Program-made: the position numbers and the translations under genes
Notes under the pieces: generated by a model
The model's input: only the letters and a program-made list of their open reading frames with translations
Database searches by the model: none
What the model was told of the DNA's origin: nothing
Shown: positions 18,792 to 27,268 of the stretch, piece by piece
Position numbering within the stretch: position 1 is the stretch's first letter
Layout: every line of letters begins with the position of its first letter
Source: a virus
Taxonomy: Duplodnaviria; Heunggongvirae; Uroviricota; Caudoviricetes
IMG/VR virus record: IMGVR_UViG_3300028832_000098
Span: 17,241-81,240 of that record
Length of the DNA stretch: 64,000 bases
Reading direction: 5' to 3' (one strand)

Positions 18792-19019
18792 CTATATATT
18801 TCGGCGATAGGGACTCCACTGCTCCATTCTCGGCTGTCTAATACAAGTGCGTTTAAACAAAATTTCACAATTAGGACAGCAGTGTGTCTCATAGTCAATT
18901 CCGAATTCCGTATGATGACACGGATATATTGCATTTGGGTATTTTTTGCTTGGATGATAATCTTTACCACTTGGTGGATACCATCCGCAGTTTGGACAAT
19001 TGTCTGATTCTATAGCCAT
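18792..19019 (-). CDS. Zn-finger-like small protein
   Basis: CPNC twice. Confidence 0.65.
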   Translation of the reverse strand: MAIESDNCPNCGWYPPSGKDYHPSKKYPNAIYPCHHTEFGIDYETHCCPNCEILFKRTCIRQPRMEQWSPYRRNI

Positions 19020-19088
19020 ATCTTAGTTAAGTTTATTATTTCATATTAAAGTTACTACATTCTAAAGTGATTTAGTTTTTACTTTGCT

Positions 19089-19403
19089 TTACTTATCGGT
19101 ATCGGTGAGGAACTCTTCGCTTTCAGTTTCTCCTTCAACTATATTGACTGAGACGACGCTTACAGAAACGACACTCTTGACCTCATCCTTGTATCTGTAA
19201 TTACGCGTATCGTCATCTATCATCAACTTGAATGTATGAATCTTGTCTTTCATTACGTTTACAGCGGTTCCTTTCGTTTTGTAGAAAGTCGCGTGGTTAA
19301 AATCCTCGGTGCCGAGAAGCGTGTCCTGCGACCACTGTCTCTTGTTTGTATAATAGACGACTTTCCCGTCCTTCTTAACGAATTTCACTACATATAGTCT
19401 CAT
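19089..19403 (-). CDS. hypothetical protein
   Basis: 104 aa ORF. Confidence 0.65.
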   Translation of the reverse strand: MRLYVVKFVKKDGKVVYYTNKRQWSQDTLLGTEDFNHATFYKTKGTAVNVMKDKIHTFKLMIDDDTRNYRYKDEVKSVVSVSVVSVNIVEGETESEEFLTDTDK

Positions 19404-19406
19404 AAC

Positions 19407-19610
19407 TTAATTCTTTACGTTTTCTATTTTTACCTTAAACATTTTTCTAACCTTTTCTATTCTCTTTACAAGAGAGCTGTTATGCTTCCTTCTTGCAGCG
19501 ATGAAATCTTCTTCGGAATCCAATCCTGTCACACCAAGAATCGTGTTATAACAGAGTCTTAGAACGTCATCAGCCTCTTCTATTATCGCCTTGTCAATTT
19601 TTACTTCCAT
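19407..19610 (-). CDS. hypothetical protein
   Basis: 67 aa ORF. Confidence 0.6.
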   Translation of the reverse strand: MEVKIDKAIIEEADDVLRLCYNTILGVTGLDSEEDFIAARRKHNSSLVKRIEKVRKMFKVKIENVKN

Positions 19611-19613
19611 AGC

Positions 19614-20048
19614 TCAATGTTTTTGTAAGTAGTATTTCCATTCGCCTTCGACAAAATACATATTGACGTATGATTTGCCGTATGGCTTAAACTGCTTATA
19701 ATGTTCAGGGTCTTTTGTGAACAACCTCTTCTTCATATTGTCGCAGTACTCGTCTGTTATGAAGTCAGGCATTATTTTCATAATGTCGATACTCCTTTCC
19801 CGCAAATCGAAAGACGAAACCTGACTGCATCCTTCCGCTTTATACATCTTCAGTATTTCAGTATAGCAGTGTAAGAAATATAAGTGGTCCTTATACATCC
19901 TAACGATAGGATGATTTTTCCAGGCGTCCGATACACCGTTTATCGCATTCGCTATCTGCTCGCATTCAATAATCTGCTTGTTCAGACGTCTTTTGTCAAG
20001 GCATCTCGCTGTTTCGAGGGGTGACTTATATGGAAGAAATACGTTCAT
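19614..20048 (-). CDS. pyrimidine-dimer DNA glycosylase (endonuclease V-like) family protein
   Basis: MNVFLPY..ARCLDKRRLNKQIIE..W.NHP..RM. Confidence 0.8.
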   Translation of the reverse strand: MNVFLPYKSPLETARCLDKRRLNKQIIECEQIANAINGVSDAWKNHPIVRMYKDHLYFLHCYTEILKMYKAEGCSQVSSFDLRERSIDIMKIMPDFITDEYCDNMKKRLFTKDPEHYKQFKPYGKSYVNMYFVEGEWKYYLQKH

Positions 20049-20062
20049 TTTACAATTTTTAC

Positions 20063-20572
20063 CTAAAGATTTTTACCAAAAGTAGTTGTAAACCATTTGT
20101 TTATTTTTTTGATTTCTTTCCTGTAATCGTCTTCAGATTTTATCTCAACCTCAAATGTGTCGTAACTATCACACATGTCAACATGATGTATGCCTATAAA
20201 ATAAATTCCATTTTCTTTATAGTCATAGCCAATAAGTTTTTTAAAGGCGTTTGTATAATCTTCTGAATCTATATTAGACACAGCACGCAAGCCTCTGTCA
20301 GGACTACAGATATTCCATACTGCAAGCATTGCTGTCATCATTTTTTGAAACAGTTCTTGATTGCCTGACTTATATGTGAAAGAATTAAAACTGTAAGCTC
20401 TATAATCGTAGACGCGCTCCAGGCCATATTCTTTCTTGGCTTGCTCAATATCTAAGAAATGTTCATGGCATATACAGTCATCAACTCTTTCGAATACTTT
20501 GCCGTCAACTGCAACATAAACATTCTTTGTAGTCGTTATGACATTTTGCATAGATACGCTTTTTACTTCCAT
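20063..20572 (-). CDS. hypothetical protein, paralog of 33950-34477
   Basis: M.VK.V..V[YF]V..DGK.F....DC..HE N-terminus. Confidence 0.7.
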   Translation of the reverse strand: MEVKSVSMQNVITTTKNVYVAVDGKVFERVDDCICHEHFLDIEQAKKEYGLERVYDYRAYSFNSFTYKSGNQELFQKMMTAMLAVWNICSPDRGLRAVSNIDSEDYTNAFKKLIGYDYKENGIYFIGIHHVDMCDSYDTFEVEIKSEDDYRKEIKKINKWFTTTFGKNL

Positions 20573-20584
20573 AGCTATTTGATT

Positions 20585-20603
20585 TTATATAAAAAACAAC
20601 GAT
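20585..20603 (-). promoter_or_regulatory. putative middle promoter motif, copy 3
   Basis: ttatataaaaaacaacgat on plus strand. Confidence 0.75.
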
Positions 20604-20608
20604 TCCTG

Positions 20609-21178
20609 TCATTCCGTGCTTTCAAGCGGCAGAACTCCCTGCACACCGTTCTTTTTCACTTTTATTTCTTCAGCTATCTTCTTATCAAAAGCGCTCCAAT
20701 ACCTTAGTGACAGAAGTCTTGCTATCGTAACCCGCTCTTCAATGAACAGTTTCCTTCCGAATCCGGTATAAGCGTAACTGCAGTCTTTGTCTACGTCTAT
20801 AATTCCGTTATCGTCATAGGTAAGAATTGCAGGCATCCTGAAAGTTCCGTAGAACTCGGAAAGCTTCTCCCTCTGTGTCAGCATGTATTCCTTTACCTTG
20901 CCTACTATCGACAACGGCACGCAATAATAGAACTTATAAACTTTTTCGTCACGGTGGAAAACTTCTTTCTGGAAATCAGCCTTGAAGTCAGCAAACGACC
21001 TTTTAATTTCGACTTCCGTCAGATAGCCTGTCTTGTTAATGACTACAAAGTCAGCTTCATGGTTCAAAAGTCCCCATGACAGGTTGGCTATAAACGTGTC
21101 GCTCCTCTGATTCCATAGATAGCTTATATGGAGATAATACAGTATCTCTTGTATGCTCAGCTTAGTGTCTGCCTTCAT
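20609..21178 (-). CDS. PD-(D/E)XK nuclease, MmcB-like
   Basis: EADFVVI...LTEVEIKRS.ADFKAD..K. Confidence 0.75.
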   Translation of the reverse strand: MKADTKLSIQEILYYLHISYLWNQRSDTFIANLSWGLLNHEADFVVINKTGYLTEVEIKRSFADFKADFQKEVFHRDEKVYKFYYCVPLSIVGKVKEYMLTQREKLSEFYGTFRMPAILTYDDNGIIDVDKDCSYAYTGFGRKLFIEERVTIARLLSLRYWSAFDKKIAEEIKVKKNGVQGVLPLESTE

Positions 21179-21603
21179 TGTACTAACGTCATTTGAACAT
21201 ACCTATGATAGATATTATTTTCGTCAAGCATGCCGTCGCACCATAGATGTTCATCTCCGCGGTTGCGACGCATATAAAGCTCATCAAGAAATTTCATAAG
21301 GGATATTCTGATAAGGTATCTGTCGTTTTCGTCATCATTGAAATTATTAAAATTCAATGTCATCTGATTATACCTGTCATAATCTGAAAATATGATTCTG
21401 TTGTCAGCTTTCCTGATATAGACATAGATAGTGGCCACTGAATGACTGTTGGTATAATCTTTCCCGTCAATAAGTTCTCCTATGGCGAACCTATATTCGA
21501 ACATTCCCCTATCACACACATTGCCGTCGGCATCGAAAGCAAAAGTAAATTTGCCTCCGAGTCGTTCAGCTTCTTGTCTTACCTCAGACAGATAAATTTC
21601 CAT
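21175..21603 (-). CDS. hypothetical protein, paralog of 1243-1683
   Basis: Shared motif blocks. Confidence 0.75.
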   Translation of the reverse strand: MEIYLSEVRQEAERLGGKFTFAFDADGNVCDRGMFEYRFAIGELIDGKDYTNSHSVATIYVYIRKADNRIIFSDYDRYNQMTLNFNNFNDDENDRYLIRISLMKFLDELYMRRNRGDEHLWCDGMLDENNIYHRYVQMTLVQ

Positions 21604-21608
21604 ATCAG

Positions 21609-22370
21609 CTACTTATTACGTTTCTTTATATAGTCTTTAATAAAAGACAACTCGCCGACAGGCTTCATTTTATTCTTGTCTTTATTAAACTGGAACATTT
21701 TACCAATTGACGGTTTCTTTCTTGTCAAGTTCACAGCAAACAGATTTCCCTGCCTGTTGTCATCCAATTCTTCGTCCTGAGACTCCATTACACGGAATTT
21801 GTCTATGTCAGCGACTTTATAGGGGTCAGGCACGGTTCCGTCATAAGCTCCTTCTGTCTTGACTTCAGGTTTAGCTTCAGGTTTAGCTTCAGGCTCATTT
21901 GCAATGTCCTCTTGCTCTTCGTCTATTTCAGGCACTGACGGATTACTGCCGTTCGCGTTAATGACTTCATGAGCTTTTGCGATGTCTACCTTAAGAGTTT
22001 CATTGCCGGTTGAATCACATTTTCCGATATTACCCTTCTCATAAGTTAATGTACCGGAATCCCTTACTTGCCTGCATGCCCTTACGATTTCGTTAAGGAT
22101 GAGGTCAGACACGTCATTAAACCCTATGAACTGATTGTATTTCGCCTTCTCACTTTCGCTTAGCTCATTGAATCTGTTCATAGCATGCTCCCACCATTCA
22201 TGGGATGTCATCAAGGCGTATTCTTTAATTTCATCGTCTGACAGGTTGTGAATGTATTTCGTATTCCTCCCGTCTTCGAAAGCTCTGATAATCTTCATAT
22301 CTTCGCTGTTAGTCTGGTCAGCCTCACGGCCGAAAGTGGCATAAAACCACTGCAAAACATAATCTTCCAT
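21609..22370 (-). CDS. hypothetical protein with acidic linker
   Basis: 253 aa; EAKP repeats. Confidence 0.75.
   Translation of the reverse strand: MEDYVLQWFYATFGREADQTNSEDMKIIRAFEDGRNTKYIHNLSDDEIKEYALMTSHEWWEHAMNRFNELSESEKAKYNQFIGFNDVSDLILNEIVRACRQVRDSGTLTYEKGNIGKCDSTGNETLKVDIAKAHEVINANGSNPSVPEIDEEQEDIANEPEAKPEAKPEVKTEGAYDGTVPDPYKVADIDKFRVMESQDEELDDNRQGNLFAVNLTRKKPSIGKMFQFNKDKNKMKPVGELSFIKDYIKKRNK
21863..21893. repeat. 12-bp in-frame tandem repeat (cttcaggtttag x2.6)
   Basis: Encodes the PEAK repeats. Confidence 0.8.
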
Positions 22371-22405
22371 AATTTATTTATTTTAAGAGTTTATAAATCA
22401 ATACT

Positions 22406-22711
22406 TTAGAATCTATCTGTAAACGTTACTTTGTTATAATTATTACGGATATGTTCAGATAACTTTCTGAATATCCCGTTATTGAAATTCTCGACAACAA
22501 TTATATAATCGTCATCCCTTAGATATGAGCAGACCTTTTCTGTAAGTTCCTTAAAGGCATAGCTGCTTATGTCTATCTTATCTATTACTGTCATTATCTG
22601 ACGAATCGGCTTCATATATCCGGAAGCAGAACTCGGAGAATCCTTCATAAGAACCTCGACAAGCTCTGTTCCCAAAATATCTTTGCAATAATTCAGATAA
22701 ATTTCTCTCAT
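22406..22711 (-). CDS. hypothetical protein
   Basis: 101 aa ORF. Confidence 0.65.
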   Translation of the reverse strand: MREIYLNYCKDILGTELVEVLMKDSPSSASGYMKPIRQIMTVIDKIDISSYAFKELTEKVCSYLRDDDYIIVVENFNNGIFRKLSEHIRNNYNKVTFTDRF

Positions 22712-22911
22712 CCCTTCAGCTTTGTATCCATAAAATTCTTACAGGTCTTACTTTCGCTATCATAAGGCGATTCTATGAAGAGACTTATATTTCCTCTTAT
22801 CTTGTTATCAACGATGTCCCTGTACGCTATATACCTATAGCATTTCTGTCTTTTCTTCTCCGGACAAGTTTTGCCTTTGCAGTGTGTGATGTCATGTATA
22901 ATAAAACTCAT
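22708..22911 (-). CDS. small Cys-rich protein
   Basis: DITHC....CP....CYRY. Confidence 0.7.
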   Translation of the reverse strand: MSFIIHDITHCKGKTCPEKKRQKCYRYIAYRDIVDNKIRGNISLFIESPYDSESKTCKNFMDTKLKG

Positions 22912-23360
22912 TGCTGTTTGAATTTAAATTGTTTCAAATAAGTTTCTACCTGGTGCTCTATGTCGCATTGCAGGTCTTCAGCCATAAATCCCCTTCTGTT
23001 AAGGTATTTCATAAAGTCAACAAGAAGAGCTTTCTCATTCTGGTTGATACTATGCACCTCGTCGAAGTCGTCGCAGTGTATTCTGACAATATCAGAATAG
23101 GTGCCGTAAAGCCAGAGTTTGAATGCCTGCCAGAGTTCTTTCAATTTGAGTGTCATCTCAGACGAATTGTCATCGATATATATTTCGTCAGGCTGTCCTA
23201 TCATTCCTCTCACATTTTTGAGGAAATCCCCGATATTGATGTTATCCCCGTCGAGCAAGCTGCAATATTGAACCGTCGCGCATCTACCATCGGAAACTAT
23301 GACAGTGAAATCACTGCTGTGCGTGTTAACTCCTATTGTAATTACTCTTTTCTTTTCCAT
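22908..23360 (-). CDS. hypothetical protein; N-terminal half weakly resembles a terminase RNase H-like domain
   Basis: VITIGVNTHSSDFTVI...PDEIYIDDNS. Confidence 0.45.
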   Translation of the reverse strand: MEKKRVITIGVNTHSSDFTVIVSDGRCATVQYCSLLDGDNINIGDFLKNVRGMIGQPDEIYIDDNSSEMTLKLKELWQAFKLWLYGTYSDIVRIHCDDFDEVHSINQNEKALLVDFMKYLNRRGFMAEDLQCDIEHQVETYLKQFKFKQQ

Positions 23361-23363
23361 TAC

Positions 23364-24425
23364 TTATTCCTCCTTTTCGTCAACAACTTGTAGCTTGGCG
23401 ACACAAGTCAGATAATATCCCTTGCCGTCCTCTGTCTCTGCATAATAGTAGTTATCTTCATGCGTCATCTCGACTCCTTTAAGAATTCCGATAATTCCAT
23501 ACGATATGACAACTTTCTTATATCTGTTCTTAATGAAGTTGTCTATTATACTTTCGAGGGTTTTATCTTTTTTCTTTACGGCATACGTCTTTGCCTCGAT
23601 GATTTTCGTATCGGTATCTATGAGATAGCTGATATTTATACCGGCATAAGCATCCTCACCTCTTTCAAGCATCTTTTCATTACATAATGCTTCATACTCA
23701 TATATATCCTTTGCTCTCAATGTCTTATCAAAGCAGATGGTCCTCATATCGTCATTACATCTTGGCGACAGCTTATAGGTATTCCTCATTACGCCGTTCC
23801 TGATTTCAAGATGTTGACTGATTATCCTTCCGAACCTTATGCCAGCCGGCAGCAAGTTATAATAATAGCCTTTATCGTTAAGCATCTCTATTACTTCATT
23901 CCGCTTCTTACCCTTTATAGCCTTATGTCCAAGGACGTGCTCACCGACGCTGTTGACGGCATTGCGGACACAGTCATTCATTCTGTACCTCAGCCATGCG
24001 TTGGCCTCATCCTCATTTGGAACGCTCCATACCTTGCAATCGAACTCATACTCATTCTTGTCACCAAGCTCCCATAAGATATGGTTGAATTTGGCAGTCG
24101 CAATACCGGCGCAGATGGACTGTAGCTTGCACAGCCTGCCGTTGAAATCAAGTCCTGATGCTGACTCGTCTTTGCAGAAGAGATTTATCTCATCGCTTTG
24201 TATAAACGCATATTTTATATTCTGAAGCTTCTTGCATAGGTGAAGAGCAGTTTCGTCCATAGCGGAGACGAAAACATCGTCAAACGGCCTCTTATAACGT
24301 TTTTTGATGCTCTTTGAAAACGAATGACCGTCAAGCATAATAATATACCAGCTGTTCGGCGTGATTTTATAGTCGAACAGGTCACGGTAATAATTTGTCC
24401 TATCTTTTAGCGTCTTGAATATCAT
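23364..24425 (-). CDS. thg1: tRNA-His guanylyltransferase (Thg1-like) with about 125 aa extra C-terminal region
   Basis: IIMLDGHSFS..PFD..AFIQSDEINL..GRLCKLQSICAG..FDCKVW..W.RYRMNDCVRNAV. Confidence 0.9.
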   Translation of the reverse strand: MIFKTLKDRTNYYRDLFDYKITPNSWYIIMLDGHSFSKSIKKRYKRPFDDVFVSAMDETALHLCKKLQNIKYAFIQSDEINLFCKDESASGLDFNGRLCKLQSICAGIATAKFNHILWELGDKNEYEFDCKVWSVPNEDEANAWLRYRMNDCVRNAVNSVGEHVLGHKAIKGKKRNEVIEMLNDKGYYYNLLPAGIRFGRIISQHLEIRNGVMRNTYKLSPRCNDDMRTICFDKTLRAKDIYEYEALCNEKMLERGEDAYAGINISYLIDTDTKIIEAKTYAVKKKDKTLESIIDNFIKNRYKKVVISYGIIGILKGVEMTHEDNYYYAETEDGKGYYLTCVAKLQVVDEKEE

Positions 24426-24439
24426 TGTACAAGTTTTTC

Positions 24440-24790
24440 TTAAATTCCTTTCTCTTCTACAGACTTGTTGCCAGAGTATGTAGACTTTATATAATCTATA
24501 AGCTTTTTGAAAGTGTCTCCGTCATTCAGGTATCTTACAATACTTATTTCATCAGCTGCCTGCAGTATCGGGTCCAGTATCTTGATAATTTCGTCATAAG
24601 GTGTCTTCGTATAATTCAGAAAACCTCCTTCATACATCTTATCAGTTTCAGCGCATGTATACGCTATGTCTATATACAAATCGCCTTCTTTCTCAATTCC
24701 AGCATAATAGCAGGCAAGCTCGACAATGTAACTGTCACTGCCGTCATTTGCCTGATTACTTTCTTTCCAGCTTTTATAAGTCTTACACAT
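24440..24790 (-). CDS. hypothetical protein
   Basis: 116 aa ORF. Confidence 0.65.
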   Translation of the reverse strand: MCKTYKSWKESNQANDGSDSYIVELACYYAGIEKEGDLYIDIAYTCAETDKMYEGGFLNYTKTPYDEIIKILDPILQAADEISIVRYLNDGDTFKKLIDYIKSTYSGNKSVEEKGI

Positions 24791-24793
24791 AGT

Positions 24794-25594
24794 TTATAAT
24801 TTAGATGGTCCGACAAGTTTCAACATTTTGTTAATGCCTCCTTTTATCTTGTCAAGATAACCGTCAGTCATTTCTATGAAATTTACAGAATCCACTTTTG
24901 ACAGCGCTGCTATCAATAACGGATTATGAAGAACCATGATAATCTGTGTCTGCTCCTTATGGAATTTGAACATTTTATAAATGCTTTCCACGTTGTCTAT
25001 ATCCAATGACGAATCTGGCTCATCGATAATGAATGTGAACTCATCACCTTCAACCCTGTTTCTCTTGATATATTCAAGATATTTCGTCGCCTCATGTATT
25101 TTCGCGATTTTATCGTAATTGAATACAAGCTCTTCCGGCTTCGCTGAGAACGCCTTGCTGAACATCAGCTGCATGGCGAACTTCGTGCCCTCACCCTGCG
25201 ACATCGACTGAGAATCCATTTTCGCGACAATGTCGGCGAGGTTGTTCATACTGACTTTTGCGGATACTTCCGTCAGACGTTTGAACCTGAAGGTATTCCT
25301 GTACCAGTCTGATTTCACGTCTGCCCCGTCAAGGAACGTACTGTAATCAAGATAATTCTTGTGCAGCCTGTGCATATTCATATTGAAGTCGTCAAGCCCG
25401 CAATTATAGTCGTCAACCATAAGATAAGACGTAATCAGGGAAAGCAAAGTTGTCTTGCCGCATCCGTTCTCACCTATGATGACATTCACACCTGGTTTGA
25501 ATTCAAATTTTGTACCGTTCTTGAATGCAGGTAATTTATGAAGATACTCGACAGGAGTATTCTTGTTGTTCTTTATTTCTACGGAATAAATCAT
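24794..25594 (-). CDS. ABC/AAA-type ATPase
   Basis: Walker A GENGCGKTT, signature MSQGE, Walker B FIIDEPD, H-loop VLHN. Confidence 0.9.
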   Translation of the reverse strand: MIYSVEIKNNKNTPVEYLHKLPAFKNGTKFEFKPGVNVIIGENGCGKTTLLSLITSYLMVDDYNCGLDDFNMNMHRLHKNYLDYSTFLDGADVKSDWYRNTFRFKRLTEVSAKVSMNNLADIVAKMDSQSMSQGEGTKFAMQLMFSKAFSAKPEELVFNYDKIAKIHEATKYLEYIKRNRVEGDEFTFIIDEPDSSLDIDNVESIYKMFKFHKEQTQIIMVLHNPLLIAALSKVDSVNFIEMTDGYLDKIKGGINKMLKLVGPSKL

Positions 25595-25599
25595 ATCAT

Positions 25600-25926
25600 T
25601 TATACTAATGTGTTTGTTTCTAATTTCTTAACTACATTTTCAGTATTGCAAGTGGCCAGTATCCTGTTATAATAATCAAGAGCCGTCTTATACCGCTCTT
25701 CTATTTCACCAACTGATTCTTCTACATTGATGGTATCATATTCTGGATGATAGCCGTCACCTTCATAACTGCAAATAGTTATGACAGTACCTTCAGGTTC
25801 AGCATGCACTTCTACGAAATCTTTTACATCGATTTCAATTTCTTCGTCAATCCTGGCGTTATGAACCTTGAAAGCAACGAATGCCTCTGCGACTACCCTT
25901 ACGTTATATACATCATTTAACTGCAT
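25600..25926 (-). CDS. hypothetical protein
   Basis: 108 aa ORF. Confidence 0.65.
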   Translation of the reverse strand: MQLNDVYNVRVVAEAFVAFKVHNARIDEEIEIDVKDFVEVHAEPEGTVITICSYEGDGYHPEYDTINVEESVGEIEERYKTALDYYNRILATCNTENVVKKLETNTLV

Positions 25927-25940
25927 GGTCTATTACTGTT

Positions 25941-26240
25941 TTATTTTGTTATAGCTAATTTTATTTTTATCTTCTCGCAGAATTCCTTACTGTAATAATT
26001 GTCTACCTTCAATCTCTTTAAGGAAAACAACATCTTACTATGACTGATGAGGTGGAATTCTGATAAAAGGCGGTCTATCGTTTCCTTATCATTATACTCG
26101 AAAATCGCGTTAATAATCTTTACTCTGAAATCTCGTACATTTATCACTCTGATTGCATAAATGTACGACAATGCAGCTATTACGGCATAAAGAACCATAA
26201 TATGGGCATTCGTCTTAAAAATTATAAACATCATATTCAT
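25941..26240 (-). CDS. putative membrane protein
   Basis: N-terminal hydrophobic stretch. Confidence 0.6.
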   Translation of the reverse strand: MNMMFIIFKTNAHIMVLYAVIAALSYIYAIRVINVRDFRVKIINAIFEYNDKETIDRLLSEFHLISHSKMLFSLKRLKVDNYYSKEFCEKIKIKLAITK

Positions 26241-26728
26241 CCTATCAAGTATAAAATAACGTAATTATCCCAATCCATAGTCTTGTATATGTACAAAGAC
26301 TCATATAAACAGTCAAACCATGTATCAGTGCTTTCCAGCAAAGTATCTTTGCCTTCGCTAACCTTCAGATAGAGGCTTGACTCAAAAATTCTCTTATGCT
26401 CATTAGCGCATAACTCATTTTCGCGGATGGCGTCAAGCAAGCGTGACACCCTTTTACGGCAGTATCCTATGAATACCTCAAAAAGTTCTTTGTCAAGTAT
26501 GCCTTGGAAAATGTCGCATTCCCATGACGCCTTTATAAGAGAAAACCTTTTTATTTTTCCGTCAGTGGCCATATCGCGAAACAAATCCGTCGCGAAGTCT
26601 GTATGTAGGATTTCGCATATATTGTTACAGTCTCTCAAGAAATTTTCCACTTTCTCATTATCGTCGGTATTGAGATAGTCTTCCCAGATTTCTTTTCTGA
26701 CCTTATATATTGTAGCTCGCGTTCCCAT
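26237..26728 (-). CDS. hypothetical protein, paralog of 54397-54867
   Basis: M.TR...Y....WE N-terminus and L.E..Y.YK C-terminus shared. Confidence 0.7.
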   Translation of the reverse strand: MGTRATIYKVRKEIWEDYLNTDDNEKVENFLRDCNNICEILHTDFATDLFRDMATDGKIKRFSLIKASWECDIFQGILDKELFEVFIGYCRKRVSRLLDAIRENELCANEHKRIFESSLYLKVSEGKDTLLESTDTWFDCLYESLYIYKTMDWDNYVILYLIG

Positions 26729-27032
26729 CTTTGCACTTTTTAAGCTCTATATTAAATTCGTCTTCAGTTATCCATTCAACTTTCGAAGCCTTGCTTATGG
26801 CAAGATTCTTATTTCCACTGAAATCAAGTCTCTCGTAATGAATCATTCCATTGTCTATAATCTTGCTCACTGCAAGCACAGCATAAGGTACGTAATCATT
26901 TGCGCCGTTACCTTGTCTTATAAGAAAAGCAAGGTTATTCATTTGCGTGACAATTTTTGCATAAATTGTTTTGTCCTTGTCTTCGAATCTTGCATACTTC
27001 GTTGTCCAACTCATAACAACTGAATTTATCAA
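26703..27032 (-). CDS. hypothetical protein
   Basis: 109 aa ORF; start uncertain. Confidence 0.6.
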   Translation of the reverse strand: MINSVVMSWTTKYARFEDKDKTIYAKIVTQMNNLAFLIRQGNGANDYVPYAVLAVSKIIDNGMIHYERLDFSGNKNLAISKASKVEWITEDEFNIELKKCKDGNASYNI

Positions 27033-27043
27033 TTTTGATTTTG

Positions 27044-27115
27044 TAGCCTCGCCGGGAATCGAACCCGAATCTAAAGTTTAGGAAACTTCTATTCTATCCA
27101 TTGAACTACAGGGCC
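27044..27115 (-). tRNA. trnR: tRNA-Arg (CCU)
   Basis: GGCCCTGTAGTTCAATGGATAGAATAGAAGTTTCCTAAACTTTAGATTCGGGTTCGATTCCCGGCGAGGCTA folds as a cloverleaf with GTTCGA T-loop and anticodon CCT; CCA not encoded. Confidence 0.92.
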
Positions 27116-27116
27116 A

Positions 27117-27155
27117 GAAAGGACGGTGTTCTGTTCTAATTTGAACTATCACGCC
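27117..27155 (-). pseudogene. possible 5' half of a tRNA-Glu(UUC)
   Basis: GGCGTGA TA GTTC..GAAC A CCGTC CT TTC, ending at the anticodon 1 nt before tRNA-Arg; D-loop lacks GG. Confidence 0.35.
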
Positions 27156-27238
27156 ATCTAATGACGCTTGTCTCCGCCAGACGGATTAAAATTTAAATTT
27201 CTTCATAACTCTTAAAATTTTAATTTAACGTTCTAACA

Positions 27239-27258
27239 TTATATAAAAAACAACGTTT
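27239..27258 (-). promoter_or_regulatory. putative middle promoter motif, copy 4 (upstream of the tRNA locus)
   Basis: ttatataaaaaacaacgttt on plus strand. Confidence 0.75.
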
Positions 27259-27268
27259 GACAATGGAT

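Noticed and set aside
27156-27200. Permuted tRNA with the 3' half upstream of the tRNA-Glu-like fragment
   Set aside because: The upstream sequence has only a small TCCG/CGGA hairpin, no T-loop, and no strand complementary to GGCGTGA
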